A stretch of DNA of 62,970 bases, filler included, from Asterionella formosa (Eukaryota), in the NCBI GenBank assembly GCA_002256025.1. It is 6 parts of 6 records of this genome, joined end to end, with 100 filler letters (N's around TTAATTAATTAA, not from the genome) between each part and the next. Parts side by side here need not be neighbours in the genome. Positions count along the whole stretch, not along the records: positions 35,197 to 62,970 come from NKIB01001406.1; 5 more parts are not named here. One strand, written 5' to 3'. Shown here piece after piece: positions 59,853 through 62,970 of this stretch. The notes under the pieces were generated by a model that was not told where the DNA came from, made no database searches, and saw only the letters and a list, made by a program, of their open reading frames with translations. Position 1 is the stretch's first letter. Every line of letters begins with the position of its first letter. The position numbers and the translations under genes were made by a program.

Positions 59853-60299
59853 ATGGAATCAAGCGCGAAAGTAACACTCTTCGAAGACATCTTCGAGGTC
59901 ACCGCCTTGAACCCAGACGGCAAGAAATTCGACCGAGTCAATCGCATTTGCTGCACGGGAACGACCTTTGAATGTGACTTATTGTTGGACATCAATTCAG
60001 AAATATACAGTGTCAAAGAGACGGAGAAGATCACACTGGTCCTGGCGTCGACACTGCACTTGGACGCAAGCCCTGCCGATCACTTTAGCTACAATCCCAA
60101 TTCGCAAGAACCAACATTGGCAGACAACTATGAATACGTTATGCATGGACGGGTCTTTGAATTTTCACATTTAAAGGACAATGTGGTTGTCATAGCGGCG
60201 AGCTTTGGGGGTTTGCTCATGAGATTGACAGGGGCTCAGCAGCATTTGAATAACATTTTGCCTGATCAGAGATTGTACCTCTTATTGAAGAAGGATTAA
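59853..60299 (+). CDS. RPB8: RNA polymerases I/II/III shared subunit RPABC3
   Basis: LFEDIFEV..LNPDGKKFDRV.RI...LLLDINSEIY...LAD.YEYVMHG.V...SFGGLLMRL.G; intact, 148 aa, intronless. Confidence 0.97.
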   Translation: MESSAKVTLFEDIFEVTALNPDGKKFDRVNRICCTGTTFECDLLLDINSEIYSVKETEKITLVLASTLHLDASPADHFSYNPNSQEPTLADNYEYVMHGRVFEFSHLKDNVVVIAASFGGLLMRLTGAQQHLNNILPDQRLYLLLKKD

Positions 60300-60497
60300 G
60301 ACAGAGACTAATATATTTGGAGGTGGATAGGTGCTAACTTTAAGTTACAAACTGATGGTTTCAGCGCAAGTTAACTCTATAGACAAACATGAGCTATTAT
60401 GTTTATTCTATTCTTCCATCTAATACTCACATGCGACTACGAAAATGCCGGATGTTTTGTAAATTTGAAAACAACAGCACAATCGAGAAGAAAAAAT

Positions 60498-61715
60498 TCA
60501 AGAATTTGTCGCTGGTATATACATTTCAGTTACATCTCCAGACTCCATTTGGACCCAAGACTTGTAGGAAAAATATCCGTTCTCAGTATCCACCGACAAC
60601 TCGTAGACTCGTGCCCCCCGATCAAGATTGCCATACCCTCCGTAGCCTGAATGTCTACCAAAACAAAGTGACAATACCCCGTTATTCCTTGAAGTAGGAC
60701 AACAATACGAATTGCCATGATTGTGTCCCACTGCCAAAAAGTGGACATTGCCATCCTTGGTAAGATAATCAACAATCCCTGGATCAGCGTCAAGTGGGTC
60801 AAATCCACCATCACCATTGGTTCCAACACATTCTTTGTCATTAAATACATATTGTTGAGTAGGTACGTGTTGAAACACAACGGCTGGGGTCGTATTGTTG
60901 ATTCGCATGGTCGTCATCCAATCAAGCTGTGACTGATGAAGTGTCTTGGGCAAACTACCACCTCCACTATCCAGCATGAAAATCTGGACTGCGACGGTGC
61001 CTTGTAAATAAACATTCAGTACATAGTTGGACACTCCAAACACCTCCATTGGTGACTCTTGTTGGGTCATGCCATAGTTGTAGTGTTGAATGGCCTTTAA
61101 CAAGTCTTGACGTAATGTCTTGGCGTTGTGATGATATGTTTTGTTGCCAAAATCTGCATCGTCATGATTACCAAATATCAGCCCCCAAGGTGTATTGTAT
61201 GAATCCATGAAATCTCCAAGCTCCATGTAATAGTCTGTGGCATTGTTATTCACATCATTGGCTGTAATTTGGTCTCCCGATAGGATCAGTAGGTTGGCAT
61301 TGGATTCATGTGCTAGTATACTTTGGAGGGCATGATAGGACTTCACATCTTGTTCTGCACCCCAGTCTGTGTCTTGCGCCTCCCCAAGATGAATATCTGC
61401 AATTTGAATAATTTTAAATTTGTAAATGTTGGAAGATGTTGATGACGATAGGAATGTTAACTCTAATGATGGACCGATCTTTGTTTGATAGTTACTATTA
61501 GTAGTAGTCATCAGCATCATTTTCATCAGTATCAGAAGGGCTGCTGCTGCTGCTGCACTAAAAATAATAAGAGCAACTTTGGAATTCATCATCAACATGA
61601 TGATTCTTGTACATGATCGTCGTGTCAGTTGCAACTGATGGTGCTCTGAATTAACGACCATCATGCGCATGGGCCTATGGAACAATATATCTTCATCATC
61701 GTTGATTCTCACCAT
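60498..61715 (-). CDS. Calcineurin-like metallophosphoesterase, Dcr2/purple-acid-phosphatase-like, with N-terminal TM anchor
   Basis: Motifs FKIIQIADIHLGE, SGDQ, FGNHD, FQHVP, GHNHGN and LCFGRHSGYGGY. First ATG at 61715. Confidence 0.9.
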   Translation of the reverse strand: MVRINDDEDILFHRPMRMMVVNSEHHQLQLTRRSCTRIIMLMMNSKVALIIFSAAAAAALLILMKMMLMTTTNSNYQTKIGPSLELTFLSSSTSSNIYKFKIIQIADIHLGEAQDTDWGAEQDVKSYHALQSILAHESNANLLILSGDQITANDVNNNATDYYMELGDFMDSYNTPWGLIFGNHDDADFGNKTYHHNAKTLRQDLLKAIQHYNYGMTQQESPMEVFGVSNYVLNVYLQGTVAVQIFMLDSGGGSLPKTLHQSQLDWMTTMRINNTTPAVVFQHVPTQQYVFNDKECVGTNGDGGFDPLDADPGIVDYLTKDGNVHFLAVGHNHGNSYCCPTSRNNGVLSLCFGRHSGYGGYGNLDRGARVYELSVDTENGYFSYKSWVQMESGDVTEMYIPATNS

Positions 61716-62093
61716 TCGAGTTTCGTAGTTTACTGCTGTAGCAACAATTGTATAATAATACCAAATTAATGACTGTGGTTTCGTGAGAACAACAACCAAC
61801 AAACGACAACATGTCTTGCTTGCTTTTTAAAGACTCGACCTTTCTTAGATTTCGTGTCATGTATGGATCAAAATTACTACAGTATTACCCGTTTCATTCA
61901 ATATTGTGTTAAAAAAAATACAAGCAAGCATCATATATATAGATATAATAAAAATAGGAAAAAGATATTTCGTCCCCCTCTTTTTGATAAACCCTTAAAC
62001 CCAACTAGCCTACATAGTCTTCGTATAAACCACCAATACTTTTTTGCCACACGAATCTTAGTTGACTCCTCCATGACACTGCCGTGCTAACGC

Positions 62094-62638
62094 ATGCACA
62101 TCATTGTGTTCGAATTGACTCTGATGCCTCCTCAACCAAAGCTGTCAGAACCTATTGGGGACAATACAGAGGAGGGAGATGAAAATTTATCCGACGTCAA
62201 TCTAATGGATCAAGTCACATTTGATTCTCGGGAAAAATGCATTGAAGCTGTTACCAAGTATTATAAGGATATGTAAGCTCTGGAACATTCCAAAGCACCG
62301 ATTTTCACGAGCATTGGATGCTTCAGCATGAGACTTCATCCCCAGCAGCCAATGTCTCCTCTCCACGACAGAAGCGGCTGAACTCAATCCAAGAGACCCT
62401 ATATTCGGTAGATGCTGATCAAGTTCCCGTTTTATTGCAAAGACTTGAGGAAGCCACTTCTCGACCGCTACATATGCTTTCAAATCCAGTGGTCAGTGTA
62501 GTTAGGAAGCGTGGACGTCCTCCAGGCTCTAAGAACCGTGCTAATCAACGAGATAAGTCAAGATTTGAATATGTCAGTGGAAATCAATGTGGTAATTGTG
62601 GGGTGAATGGGCACAATTCACGTACCTGTCCCAAATGA
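62094..62638 (+). mobile_element. Internally deleted MULE/FAR1-like transposase remnant
   Basis: TFDSREKCIEAV..YY (FAR1/MuDR N-terminal-like) joined to KRGRP (AT-hook), RDKSRFEYV and CGNCGVNGHNSRTC (CCHC knuckle). No DDE core. Confidence 0.6.
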
Positions 62639-62970
62639 ATAGATATACTTATTTTTAGTAAATCATATCATATATATTTAGTCAATGCACTCTGAACTAC
62701 ACTTTGAATGCTATTACTTGTTAAACAAAGACTCAATTGTAAACACCTGGTAAATTGAATATTTTGATCAATATGTTGTAACAAAGAAATTACCTTTGCA
62801 CAATACCTGTTGATGCCACTGTCTACACACCCATCAGTGTTGGGCAATCTATTTTCTTCAGCAGCAGTTTGTGCTGAAAGTCGAATGAATAGCTCAAGAG
62901 AGGAATTGTGGACTAGACTATCAGAAGTTGCTGATACACTGCTGTGTGATTTGGGTGGGCTATCTTTCCA

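Overview
Eukaryotic nuclear DNA, most likely a diatom or close ochrophyte. Evidence: short GT-AG introns, a signal peptide plus ASAFAP-type plastid motif, diatom-type Copia (CoDi) sequence, and HA-domain and RAP-domain genes. The window is not one contiguous locus. Five identical 100-bp linkers (44 N + TTAATTAATTAA + 44 N) join six contigs, four of which are 1715-1717 bp, so adjacency across a linker means nothing. About ten intact-looking genes are present: HA-repeat protein, PH-like protein, PAP2 phosphatase, OPR/RAP protein, DSC3-like ubiquitin-domain protein, plastid-targeted cold-shock protein, SIP5/GW2-like RING protein, RPB8, Dcr2-like metallophosphoesterase and two small hypotheticals. 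There is also an ABCB pseudogene. These genes sit in a dense field of mobile DNA: Copia LTRs and remnants, pogo-like, Tc1-like, PIF/Harbinger and MULE remnants, and several non-autonomous TIR elements. The most notable signal is a three-copy tRNA-derived SINE-like family whose full copy (10147-10505, minus strand) has Pol III A/B boxes and a perfect 13-bp target-site duplication. Next are two TTAA-bounded TIR families that occur together twice, a Copia LTR followed by a palindrome instead of a recognisable PBS, and GGTACC/CCWGG palindromic clusters near gene starts. All family assignments come from reading motifs by eye; no searches were run.
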